DNA from: a virus
Virus record (IMG/VR): IMGVR_UViG_3300012953_000017
Coordinates: 32,001 to 96,000 of that record
Length of the DNA stretch: 64,000 bases
Direction: 5' to 3' (one strand)
Shown here: positions 45,400-54,566 of the stretch, in pieces
Layout: every line of letters starts with the position of its first letter
How positions within the stretch are numbered: position 1 is the stretch's first letter
Notes under the pieces: generated by a model
Seen by the model: the letters and a program-made list of their open reading frames with translations, nothing else
What the model was told of the DNA's origin: nothing
Database searches by the model: none
Made by a program: the position numbers and the translations under genes

Positions 45400-45921
45400 T
45401 TAACCGAACCTTATTGACAGGCCTCCGCCTCCGGTTTCTAGAGTTACATCTTGTGTCAAATCTGAAAGCTTTCCAGTGTTTTGTGCAGCCACCAAAACAT
45501 GTTCCATAAAGTATACACCGTCTCTTGGTTTAAGTGCCTTAACTGATATGTTTATTTGTTTTGATCCGTCCTGTCGTGTTATTAAACTAGCACCTACATA
45601 AGCAGCTGCCATCACATCAGTTCCGTATATCGCGCTTCTAACAAGACCTAGAATTTTTTCGACATCTGTATCTGCATCAGGTACTTCAGCACCGAGATCA
45701 CCTAATAGGCCTCCTGGATCGGATTCTACTCGGGCTTTCGATCCCGCGATAGCTGCACTGTGTCGTCCTTTTCCGTACTTTGCGATGACTTTGCCTGATA
45801 TCTTTTTCTTTTTTGGCTTCTGTTGAGTTTTTGAGGCGGGCTTTTCAGAGCTCTCCCCTTCAAAAAGAATTCTTTGAATTTGCTTTCTTATATAATTTTC
45901 AGCATTCATTAAGCTCTCCAT
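45400..45921 (-). CDS. Hypothetical protein with N-terminal tag
   Basis: ENYIRKQIQRILFE; ATATTTA motif upstream at 45927-45933. Confidence 0.6.
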   Translation of the reverse strand: MESLMNAENYIRKQIQRILFEGESSEKPASKTQQKPKKKKISGKVIAKYGKGRHSAAIAGSKARVESDPGGLLGDLGAEVPDADTDVEKILGLVRSAIYGTDVMAAAYVGASLITRQDGSKQINISVKALKPRDGVYFMEHVLVAAQNTGKLSDLTQDVTLETGGGGLSIRFG

Positions 45922-45925
45922 ACAA

Positions 45926-47152
45926 TTAAATATTATCTTGAGAAGAGATGATCTCTAGAGATGTTGGAAAATGACCCATATCTAAGTCGATGCCTTGTTC
46001 TGCAACATTTTTTATGTATTCAAAACCTTCTGCATCTACATCAAAAATAATTGCATCATGTATTAGAAACAAGGGTTTAATATTTTTTGTCCTGGTTTTA
46101 CTAATGATAACTTCAAAACCTGACATTGCAACATCAACCGAGGTACTCTGTATAAAATGACTTACTAGGACATGTGATTCAAAAGCATCGGTTTGTAATG
46201 GTCTTCCAAAATAATTTGATATTTTTTTATGAGTCAACAGCTGCCCTTTTAAGTTTCTTTCCAACTCAGCAACAGAAAAGTATTTTCTAACTTCTCTGAC
46301 AATTCTTCTAGATTCAGACTCACTACCTAAAAGATTAGCTAGACGCTTAATAGAAACTCCGTAAATAGCGCAGAGAACAGCCAGCTTTACAGTTTTTCTT
46401 TCTTGTTCTCCGGAAAAAATAAAATTTGCGACATCATTATAAATGTCACTTTTGGCTGTGCCTCCTGCGACAAATCTACAAACTCTAGGCTCCAATGAGA
46501 CAAAGTCTACTTGAACTATTTTTCCATCTTGGTAACGAGACTTTAAAATATCTCTATATTTTGAAGACAGAGTTAAAATACTAGGGCCTGTATCTACGAT
46601 CATCCTTCCAGTAACCGTTTTAGAAAGAGAATATTTTGCTAGTTTGCAAAAGCCATCTTTTTCTGGGATAAAAGATTTTAGTGCAGAAACTACAGAAGGG
46701 CCTGAGCTTGACTCTTGAATGTATCTCTTAATTTTATTTTCATCTACGATACTTCTTGTTAACGCTAGAAGGACTTTCTGATTTGCCATTAGGGTTTGTA
46801 TATAGCCTGTGCTTTCTAATGATTCTAGAGCACTCTGGGACCTTCTAAGAAACTCCTGTATAGAAGATTTAAAAACATGTGTGGGCATACACATGTGCAT
46901 GGGTATTAACAGATCTTTTGTATCTATTTGTAATTCACTAAAAGACACGGCAAATCGATCGGGAAATATTTCTTTAATATCATCGCCTGATATTCTTAAG
47001 GCTTCTTTAATCGAAGAAGCTCTTTCGGACGAAAATACCCATGCATTTAATGGGATTTCATCGCTCCAGGATAGGCCACTAGTGTCAGTACAATATACTA
47101 GGTGCTTTTTGGTTCCTGTCGCTCGTTTGTCGATGCATATAAACACGTACAA
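45926..47152 (-). CDS. Truncated family A DNA polymerase (polymerase domain only; likely GTG start 47146)
   Basis: TVTGR; motif A DFVSLEPR; motif B RKTVKLAVLCAIYG; IQST; motif C IHDA. Confidence 0.8.
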   Translation of the reverse strand: MYVFICIDKRATGTKKHLVYCTDTSGLSWSDEIPLNAWVFSSERASSIKEALRISGDDIKEIFPDRFAVSFSELQIDTKDLLIPMHMCMPTHVFKSSIQEFLRRSQSALESLESTGYIQTLMANQKVLLALTRSIVDENKIKRYIQESSSGPSVVSALKSFIPEKDGFCKLAKYSLSKTVTGRMIVDTGPSILTLSSKYRDILKSRYQDGKIVQVDFVSLEPRVCRFVAGGTAKSDIYNDVANFIFSGEQERKTVKLAVLCAIYGVSIKRLANLLGSESESRRIVREVRKYFSVAELERNLKGQLLTHKKISNYFGRPLQTDAFESHVLVSHFIQSTSVDVAMSGFEVIISKTRTKNIKPLFLIHDAIIFDVDAEGFEYIKNVAEQGIDLDMGHFPTSLEIISSQDNI

Positions 47153-47180
47153 TCATATACTAACATGAATTTGTGTACAT
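47152..47180 (-). promoter_or_regulatory. Sigma70-like promoter at the tail/replication boundary
   Basis: ATGTAC-N17-TATGAT ending 5 nt before GTG 47146. Confidence 0.5.
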
Positions 47181-50100
47181 TATTCTTGTGATCCTGCATC
47201 ATGATCAGCGATGACCGTAAGAGCTTTCTGCACGTTGCCTATTAACCCTTCGTACTTACCGTACGTGTCTAACTGAATCATTTTTACATTTGTAGTAAAT
47301 GTTCCTTGCCCTATGGAGTGATCTATACCTGTCACTGCGTATACGTTGTCAGCACTAGTTCCTGTTCCAAAATCAACAAAAAATTGTTGTCCAAAGTTAA
47401 ATAGTGGACACCCAAATGTCTCCAGGGTCATTTCTGTCGGTGATATTCTCATTGGTACGCCTGCATCTCTAGAGCCTTGTGGATCTTGCGGGCTTCCAAA
47501 ACCTTGACGCTGCATATTAATTGTTGCCAACTGAGGATTGTTTATAGATTGAACAGAAGCTTTAATAACACCTGAAGCAGAGCCTCCGTATATTATTGTT
47601 GGCATTGTTGTAGAAACCCATTTTTTAAGTGCCGGGAACCCTCCTTTTATGCGAAAGTTAGGTTGTGGGAACTCTTCTACAGACAATTCATTTGCAGTTG
47701 CACCGGTATTTATCGGCAGTGCCTCTAAAAGACCATCGGAAACTGCAGACTTTAGATGTTCTTTAAACATTTTTTGATGCTCAGAGTTTGCTGAGCCTTC
47801 TCTTGCTACTTTGGCTGCATCCTTTGATATTACACCAATAGAATCTTTTGTAGCAGCTTCGAGCATCTGGCCTACGGTCTCATACGACGTTGCTTGACTG
47901 TCATATATGTGCATTCTTAAAATGGATCTCTCTCCTCCTGATGGTTGTGAGCCCGGGTCACCTTGGTCTCCAGATTCAGCCTGTGTTGGGTCTGGCCTTT
48001 GAGGAACACATTCCACCCTAACTTGAATTTGAGGTTTTTTAAACTGCTGAGTTCCAGCCTCACCGTAAGCATGCGCCAAAATTTCTTGCTTCTTGTTAAA
48101 AAGCTTAGTTTCGTCTTCAAACTTTTTTGAGACTTTTGCTTTCTTTAAATCTTCCTTATCTCTTTTGGAGTAGATTTTAGTCATTCCGTAGCCCGGGGCA
48201 CCAGGATAGCTTAAAAAAGCAGAATTCATAAAACTCATAAACTTTCTAATGGGTAAGTTCGCTGTCGTTTTAGTTTCTTCTTTAAACATAGTTTCAAAGT
48301 CGTCAATAGCAATTGGAAACTGTGCGATATTATAGTCTTTCATATAAGAAGCTTTGGCATTAAAGCAATAGAAAATAAATTGCATTTCATCATACTTTCC
48401 AGTAGAAGATATTGGGAGACCTAAAAACACAGAGAAAATTTTTCCTAAGGACACGTATTTTCTTTTCTTTTTTTCCTTGTCAATTTTTAAATCTTTTGTG
48501 TCCAAATTACAAAGCCACGGGTCTTCAGTTTCTTTTAGCAACTTCATCTTACGTTGAACTTCTTGCTGAATAGTGTCTTTAAGTGATGCCATAGCACCAC
48601 CTTTGCCGTCGGCTTTAGGACCATAAAGAGTTGTCAAGCTATCTCTAAGCTGGCCCATATCAGAACCTGAATCCTTTCCTCTATTTGTTTGTATAAATTT
48701 TTTAATTTTTTTCATCGTCTCCTTGTCTAAAGAGACTGCTCTAGAAGTTGAAGAAGCTGCTCCTAAAAAGTCAAATCCTTTAGTTTGAGCAGATCCACCT
48801 CCAGCTCCTGAAACTTTTCTTCTAAGTAGAGATATCGCACTTGTTAGCTTGTTAATGACATCGACTTGCTCTTCAACTTTGCCGCCGCGGCCTATGTTGA
48901 CAGTATGCATGTCATTTCCGCCCATCATTGCAAGCTTTAAATCTATTTCTACTTGTCCTTCCTCTGTAAAAGAAAAAGAAGAATTTACAACTTGATACTT
49001 TTCTTTGCACCTTAAGTTTCCTAGGAACCATCCGAACGGGCTTCCGTGTATTCGAATGCCTTCTGCGTGTATTGCATTATCAGGATGAGACCACCCGTAC
49101 TCTATCAGTAACTGGACCATACCAAACATGTCAGGTTTTACCAAGGGAGCAATCTCAGCAAGTCTAGACCTATCATGTAAGGTTATTTTAAGACTGGCAG
49201 ATTTATATGCCATCATTCCTGTAGAAGGTGCAACATTAATCGAGAGATCACCTAGTGTCATAAAAGGACGAAACCTATCAACAATTGGTGCTGCTCTTTT
49301 TCCTCCTGAAGTTAGCTTTAGGCCGTCATCAGGTTCTCCTTCAATCTTTGTATTGACATCCTGCCAAGCTGGGTCATCGTACTCATAGTGTATTTCATCG
49401 CCCGGGACAAGAGTCTGGGGCGAAGTAAACAATTCCATTCCAGCACTAGCAATTCCTGGAGCAACAGCTTTGGCCTTTGCATCCGCATTTTGTGCGTCAG
49501 TTGCAGACGGATCAGCCTGAGCCTGCCCACTTTGATAGTCTTTTAAAATTTCTGAATCTACTGCGCCGGCGAGAGTGTAATTTGCAGACCCCATCTTCAC
49601 AGCTGCATTTCCTAAAATAAACTGCCCTAGAGACAAAGCTTGAATTCTTCCGTATTTATTTTCTGCATCTGCTGCCAGAGGTGCTACTTTACTTATGACA
49701 CTTATATCAATGACAGGAACACATCTAGACATCTCTATAGACGGAATGCAATTTAAAAATAAAGTTATCGCTCCAGTGTCCCTAGACGATATATTGAAAT
49801 TCACAGGAAAAACCTGATAGCAAGAGATTGCAGGTGCATGAGGTGCCCTAGGACTCGTAGGTTTTGAGTTAACGGGTGCTTCGTTGTCTTCAGAAGCATC
49901 CGGGGATGCGATGCCTAACATCCTGTTCATTGAATATACATTCTGACCTTCAGGAAGACCTGTGCCTTGATCGTCCATTTTTGACTTATCGTGAATAATA
50001 GGCGCCTTGTCATCAGAAGAGAAGTCGTCATGGCCGTCGTATACGACTCGCAACATTTTTCTTGCGTCTTCCGCAGTCATTCCATCATCTGTTTCTTGGC

Positions 50101-50344
50101 CTGATGCCCAAGTCTCATATTGCCGTATAAGATCACAGGTTAAAGTGCCGCCTTCAGTTATTTCCATTAAAGATTGAACAACTGGATTTTTTTCATGAAA
50201 AGTTAAAGGAATATTTTTTGCAGCAACAGGCAGACCTTCAAATTGCTTTTGAGCTAACATTGCGGCTGCATTTGCTGTAGATGAGACTGCTCCGAAGAAT
50301 CTTCCTAGTTGTTCTGTAGCTTCTTCCAATTTTGTCTTAATCAT
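47180..50344 (-). CDS. Baseplate hub-like protein (gp27/gpD-type)
   Basis: 1054 aa following the LysM gene; LLIEYGWS; C-terminal G.P...FGQ.FF.DF.TGT...N.Y.V.GIDH.I..G.F.T.V. Confidence 0.65.
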   Translation of the reverse strand: MIKTKLEEATEQLGRFFGAVSSTANAAAMLAQKQFEGLPVAAKNIPLTFHEKNPVVQSLMEITEGGTLTCDLIRQYETWASGQETDDGMTAEDARKMLRVVYDGHDDFSSDDKAPIIHDKSKMDDQGTGLPEGQNVYSMNRMLGIASPDASEDNEAPVNSKPTSPRAPHAPAISCYQVFPVNFNISSRDTGAITLFLNCIPSIEMSRCVPVIDISVISKVAPLAADAENKYGRIQALSLGQFILGNAAVKMGSANYTLAGAVDSEILKDYQSGQAQADPSATDAQNADAKAKAVAPGIASAGMELFTSPQTLVPGDEIHYEYDDPAWQDVNTKIEGEPDDGLKLTSGGKRAAPIVDRFRPFMTLGDLSINVAPSTGMMAYKSASLKITLHDRSRLAEIAPLVKPDMFGMVQLLIEYGWSHPDNAIHAEGIRIHGSPFGWFLGNLRCKEKYQVVNSSFSFTEEGQVEIDLKLAMMGGNDMHTVNIGRGGKVEEQVDVINKLTSAISLLRRKVSGAGGGSAQTKGFDFLGAASSTSRAVSLDKETMKKIKKFIQTNRGKDSGSDMGQLRDSLTTLYGPKADGKGGAMASLKDTIQQEVQRKMKLLKETEDPWLCNLDTKDLKIDKEKKKRKYVSLGKIFSVFLGLPISSTGKYDEMQFIFYCFNAKASYMKDYNIAQFPIAIDDFETMFKEETKTTANLPIRKFMSFMNSAFLSYPGAPGYGMTKIYSKRDKEDLKKAKVSKKFEDETKLFNKKQEILAHAYGEAGTQQFKKPQIQVRVECVPQRPDPTQAESGDQGDPGSQPSGGERSILRMHIYDSQATSYETVGQMLEAATKDSIGVISKDAAKVAREGSANSEHQKMFKEHLKSAVSDGLLEALPINTGATANELSVEEFPQPNFRIKGGFPALKKWVSTTMPTIIYGGSASGVIKASVQSINNPQLATINMQRQGFGSPQDPQGSRDAGVPMRISPTEMTLETFGCPLFNFGQQFFVDFGTGTSADNVYAVTGIDHSIGQGTFTTNVKMIQLDTYGKYEGLIGNVQKALTVIADHDAGSQE

Positions 50345-50643
50345 TATCCCACCAGTGCTTCTATTTGTCCTATATGCGTAGGAATCTTAACTAATGTGCC
50401 GGGAGGAGACTGAAGAGCCCAGCCGATTCCGCTGGCAGCTGCAATAACCCACCACAATTCTGCACTTCCTAAAAATTTTCCAGCTAACACATCTAACCGC
50501 TCGCCTTCTTTTAATACGTGCTCTCTGTAAGAAATTCTATTAAGCTGAATGGCTCTGCGAATTGCATAGCACACACGTGAAGTTCCAATTTTTCTTCCTC
50601 CTGCAATAAGAGGAACTCTTCTATACCTGTCTATTCTTGACAT
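50344..50643 (-). CDS. LysM-domain baseplate wedge protein (gp53/gpX-like)
   Basis: LKEGERLDVLAGKFLGSAELWWVIAAAS...PGTLVKIP. Confidence 0.8.
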   Translation of the reverse strand: MSRIDRYRRVPLIAGGRKIGTSRVCYAIRRAIQLNRISYREHVLKEGERLDVLAGKFLGSAELWWVIAAASGIGWALQSPPGTLVKIPTHIGQIEALVG

Positions 50644-50649
50644 AATGTA

Positions 50650-53600
50650 TTATCCTAACCCTGGTATGTTTACTCCGCCACTTGATCCTTTGTCTTCTGT
50701 TTCTGGTTCGATTGAAGGATCTTTTGTCTTCTTGTCTTCGCTAGCAAAGTATGTGTTGTGTCTTGCAGATTCGTTTCTAGCATTATCGTGATAAGGATCT
50801 CCTCCAATCTCTTCAACAATCCTTCCAACATTATACGCCGGTGCGCGCATGGCCCCTTGGTGGTCTAGGCCTAGTGGTATATCGTGTATTGGGTCAAAGC
50901 TAATTGAAACTTTGCACCACTGAGGTGCTCTTCTTCCTTGTTCTATATCCCATGTAGATTCTCCCCAGTCAAAAGAAAGTGCAGTTATTACACCTGCCAT
51001 TCCTCTTCCTCTTGTAGACTCAAATGCTTTGACTATAAAGTTTTCCTTAGGAGTAAAAAAATTATTTGTCTTGTTAATGGTGTCATTATCGCTAGGGTCA
51101 GCTGAGCCTGCTCCGGTCGGAGGTCCTCCTGGCTCTTGCCCGGCCGATTGCATCTCGTTGGACCAAGTCTTGTTCATTGTTTCTTTATGCAATGTCTCTA
51201 TTTGATCATGATATAAAACGAGATGCTTGTATTTCTTCGTGTATTTATCAGGCAACCACTTTGTTGCTTCAGGGTCAGTTAGCTCGCATATATATTTTAC
51301 CTTTCTTCTTTTTTTGGAAGTTGGCTCCCCCTTATTAGATAAGGCAAATTTTTGCTTTTCAGATTTTGATATTCTAACTTTTTTATCATGCCACAAAAAC
51401 CCGGTTACTTTAAGCTTTAGGAGTGTGGTTTTTAGACTCTTTTTCCATGGAGTTTTTTTAACTCTAGTTCCGTCGGAATCTCTTACTTTAACTTTTATTC
51501 CTGGCTTGCTGACAACTATATCTCCTTTTTGATAGCCGATTTCCGGAAAAGAAGAGTTGCCTTCAAAGCCCATCCCAAATGCGTCGCCGACGTTGAAGCC
51601 TATGCCTCCTGTATTTCCTCCTGCGTCAGGATCAAGAGGTTCTGTATTTGCTCTTTTTGTATAGTCCTGCATTATTTTTTTTGATTTGTTAGAAGCCTTA
51701 AGCCATGCGGCAACATTCTCTGATGTTTTGTCGTCAGCAGCTACTTTAAAAGCCTCAGTACCTACACCAAAAAGTCTTGCAAGAGAAAACTTAGAGTAAT
51801 TCGATTTAATTAAGTCACCAAATCGAAGTCGTATTAAAGGTGAGGCAGTAGGTATTTGCGAAAACGGTTGTATAAAACCTGAGTCACCTTGAGTCCTCAT
51901 TTTGCCTCTAGACCACTGTGGATATACCATTGTTACTAGCTTATTAATGTCCCACCACATTCTATCAAAATCTTCTGAAGAAGTTGCAACCACAGTAAAG
52001 TCAATCCCTATGGACCTTTCAGTTTTGTTGTAAATCTTAACACTATCCATTCTTCCATAACCGCTTACTTTTGTGTATTCCGGAGAAAAAGAATCAGATA
52101 GAGAGTTTAAGAAAGCATGAAAAGAAATAATTTCATTTGTTCTTAAATCATGAAAATAAAAAGGCATATATTCTGCCTCTAGAGCGTCTTCTATATACTC
52201 AACGTACTCGTTAGAAAGGCGAGAAGGCATCGCTTTTTCGGTGTCTGCTTTATCAAACTTCATGTGGACATCACCTTGTCCATCTTTGTCAAGCTCAACA
52301 TGCTTTCCGTCACCTTGAGCTACTTTGCCAGCCATATGAGCTGTCAACAAAGCACTAGCTGGTGCTCTTCCGGTGGCGTAGTAAGCTGCGTCAAGAGACG
52401 CAGGTAATATATACCTACTTACATTTGATCGATGATTCCACGCTAAGCTATTTGCCCTTAGATAATTTGATTCGTTGGCACCACCAGCAATCCTACTTTT
52501 CATTGCTCTAGTTCTAGGACTCACAGGCAGTTCGTCCACATCAATGTCTTCTAATCTTGGGTGGCCATGGCGAGCATTTAACACAACATTTCCTATTTTT
52601 ACCATGGTCATTAAGAATGTCCATGTCGCAGAAGTAGTTATTGCTTCTACTATTACAAATATTTGTTGTATGCCACCAGTAATTCCTAAAGTAGGTAGCT
52701 TAGTAATCAAGTCTGACACAGCTTTTGTTATCTGCTCGATATCACGTATCACCTGTCTAAAGATTATTGCGTAATATCCGGGGGCCATGGCTAAATTTAA
52801 AGCAGAATCAAGAATTTTCTGTGGCATGGCAGTTGTCGGATCAAAATTAAAACCACAAAAGCTCATAATTCCATACAACATGCAATTTGAAAAATGGTGA
52901 TCTATTCTAGGGATTCCAAATAGCTCTGCCATGTCTCCGCCGAAATCATCTTTTCTATGAAATCCTTTTGAAAGATTGTTAGGATCGACAGGCTCTTCTT
53001 CGTCAGTACCGCTCCAGAAGCCAGCTGTAATTAAATTGACTAGTGATGAAAACACTAGTAGACCTATTATTCCTGCAACAGCTTGCGTTAACATACCCAT
53101 AGGCATGGGCCCATTAAAAGGTTCAAGATAAGAGTTTAAATTTCCGTAAGAAGTAGTAGATAAACCGCCTGAGCCCATAATGCCATGCTCTACTTCATCT
53201 AACTCAGAAAGCAATTCTGCTCTTACTTTAGTTATTTTTTCTGCACCATACGCGTTTTGAGCCCTCATCTCAACAACGCTTTGTTTTACAGCTCCGAGCT
53301 GCAGTGTGCTTGGAAGCACTACCTGATCAACAGACACACTATCTGGGTTGTCCGATTCAAACCCCAAGCCTATCCCTCCACCGTGACCGGTGGCTCTTAT
53401 CATTAGAGAAGCCGCTATCTTTCTAAGGTCGCTCATGTGGACGTCTGGAGCTGTGGGTGAATATTTTCCCATGTCTTTCTGCACAGAATAACCAAACCTG
53501 CCGCCTGTTTTTTCAAAATTTGTTAAATACGGACTTGACCCTTGCTTAGGGTTGAATCTGTTATTTAGCAGGACATTTGAAATTCTTTTTTGAATTGACG

Positions 53601-54210
53601 GAGCATTTTTTGGAAGATCGTCAACTTTGGCATTGCCGACTTCTTTTGTTGACCCTACTGGTTTTACATTAGGGAGAAGTGTGTGTCCTTTTTTTCTTTC
53701 GTTTGCTTTATAAAGCACCTCACCGGACTCGTCTAAATCATGAAACGGATTTTCTGATGATCCATACTCTCCTTTGCTTGTTACCTTAAATTTAGCTGCG
53801 GCGTCGGTGTCATATCCTTCTACAAGGTCCAAAAAAGCGCCTAGTGTGGTTCCGGCACTCTCAAATTGTTTTACAGCAGCGGATGGTGCAGACTTTCCAG
53901 CCACTACCAGTTCTGTAGGTACACCTGTCTGTCTATTGTATAGCTGCATCTCAGAAGAGTCACCTTCTAAGGAGAAAGCATTAGCAGAAGGCGAGTTTGG
54001 AAGATTTCCTTTACTCATTTCAGACAGAAAGTTTCCTAAGGTTTTACGTGCTTCTAGGGAAAGATCTCTACTGTTCTGGACCAAAAGATATTCATCGCGA
54101 GGGCCTTCTTTGTCACCTGGTGGAAACCCGGGCACATAACTAGTCTTTGGTTCAAACCCTAGTTTAGATTCCTGAGTTGTTCCTGCACCTTTTCCGTTTT
54201 CAGAGGCCAT
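50650..54210 (-). CDS. Large baseplate/tail-tube initiator-like protein
   Basis: PFYF.DLRT...F.AFL.SLSDSFSP.Y....YGR.D....Y..T.RSI...F, VYPQ, PL.RLR.GDL; located between tape measure and LysM genes. Confidence 0.6.
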   Translation of the reverse strand: MASENGKGAGTTQESKLGFEPKTSYVPGFPPGDKEGPRDEYLLVQNSRDLSLEARKTLGNFLSEMSKGNLPNSPSANAFSLEGDSSEMQLYNRQTGVPTELVVAGKSAPSAAVKQFESAGTTLGAFLDLVEGYDTDAAAKFKVTSKGEYGSSENPFHDLDESGEVLYKANERKKGHTLLPNVKPVGSTKEVGNAKVDDLPKNAPSIQKRISNVLLNNRFNPKQGSSPYLTNFEKTGGRFGYSVQKDMGKYSPTAPDVHMSDLRKIAASLMIRATGHGGGIGLGFESDNPDSVSVDQVVLPSTLQLGAVKQSVVEMRAQNAYGAEKITKVRAELLSELDEVEHGIMGSGGLSTTSYGNLNSYLEPFNGPMPMGMLTQAVAGIIGLLVFSSLVNLITAGFWSGTDEEEPVDPNNLSKGFHRKDDFGGDMAELFGIPRIDHHFSNCMLYGIMSFCGFNFDPTTAMPQKILDSALNLAMAPGYYAIIFRQVIRDIEQITKAVSDLITKLPTLGITGGIQQIFVIVEAITTSATWTFLMTMVKIGNVVLNARHGHPRLEDIDVDELPVSPRTRAMKSRIAGGANESNYLRANSLAWNHRSNVSRYILPASLDAAYYATGRAPASALLTAHMAGKVAQGDGKHVELDKDGQGDVHMKFDKADTEKAMPSRLSNEYVEYIEDALEAEYMPFYFHDLRTNEIISFHAFLNSLSDSFSPEYTKVSGYGRMDSVKIYNKTERSIGIDFTVVATSSEDFDRMWWDINKLVTMVYPQWSRGKMRTQGDSGFIQPFSQIPTASPLIRLRFGDLIKSNYSKFSLARLFGVGTEAFKVAADDKTSENVAAWLKASNKSKKIMQDYTKRANTEPLDPDAGGNTGGIGFNVGDAFGMGFEGNSSFPEIGYQKGDIVVSKPGIKVKVRDSDGTRVKKTPWKKSLKTTLLKLKVTGFLWHDKKVRISKSEKQKFALSNKGEPTSKKRRKVKYICELTDPEATKWLPDKYTKKYKHLVLYHDQIETLHKETMNKTWSNEMQSAGQEPGGPPTGAGSADPSDNDTINKTNNFFTPKENFIVKAFESTRGRGMAGVITALSFDWGESTWDIEQGRRAPQWCKVSISFDPIHDIPLGLDHQGAMRAPAYNVGRIVEEIGGDPYHDNARNESARHNTYFASEDKKTKDPSIEPETEDKGSSGGVNIPGLG

Positions 54211-54223
54211 ATCTTCTCCTTAG

Positions 54224-54556
54224 CTATTCTGTTGCTAAACCAGCTTTTTGAAGTCTTTTGTTAAGCTCATTTTTAACTGCTGACGCTGCTTCTTTGTCTG
54301 TTTCGGCCATTTTTAGCATATGTGATACTAAGTCTGCAGGAGCTAAAGTCTTGGATATTAAATCTTCAGCTTCTTCTTTTTGATCTTCTTTAAAATTTGA
54401 CATTAGCTGATACACAAGAAAAGCAGGCGTCCCAGGAGTCAATTTTTCAGAAACAAAACTTTTGTATGTTTTACCTAGGTCAGGTGACAAACATTCTTGG
54501 TCAGATTTCTCAGAGTCTTTATTAAGCTCATTTAGTGTTTTATTGTTATTTTCCAT
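54224..54556 (-). CDS. Hypothetical protein in tail module
   Basis: 110-aa ORF. Confidence 0.55.
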   Translation of the reverse strand: MENNNKTLNELNKDSEKSDQECLSPDLGKTYKSFVSEKLTPGTPAFLVYQLMSNFKEDQKEEAEDLISKTLAPADLVSHMLKMAETDKEAASAVKNELNKRLQKAGLATE

Positions 54557-54566
54557 TTATAAATAC

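Noticed and set aside
252-54139. Numerous 60-180 aa plus-strand ORFs in the ORF track
   Set aside because: All lie antisense to well-supported minus-strand genes and give Ser-rich, motif-free translations
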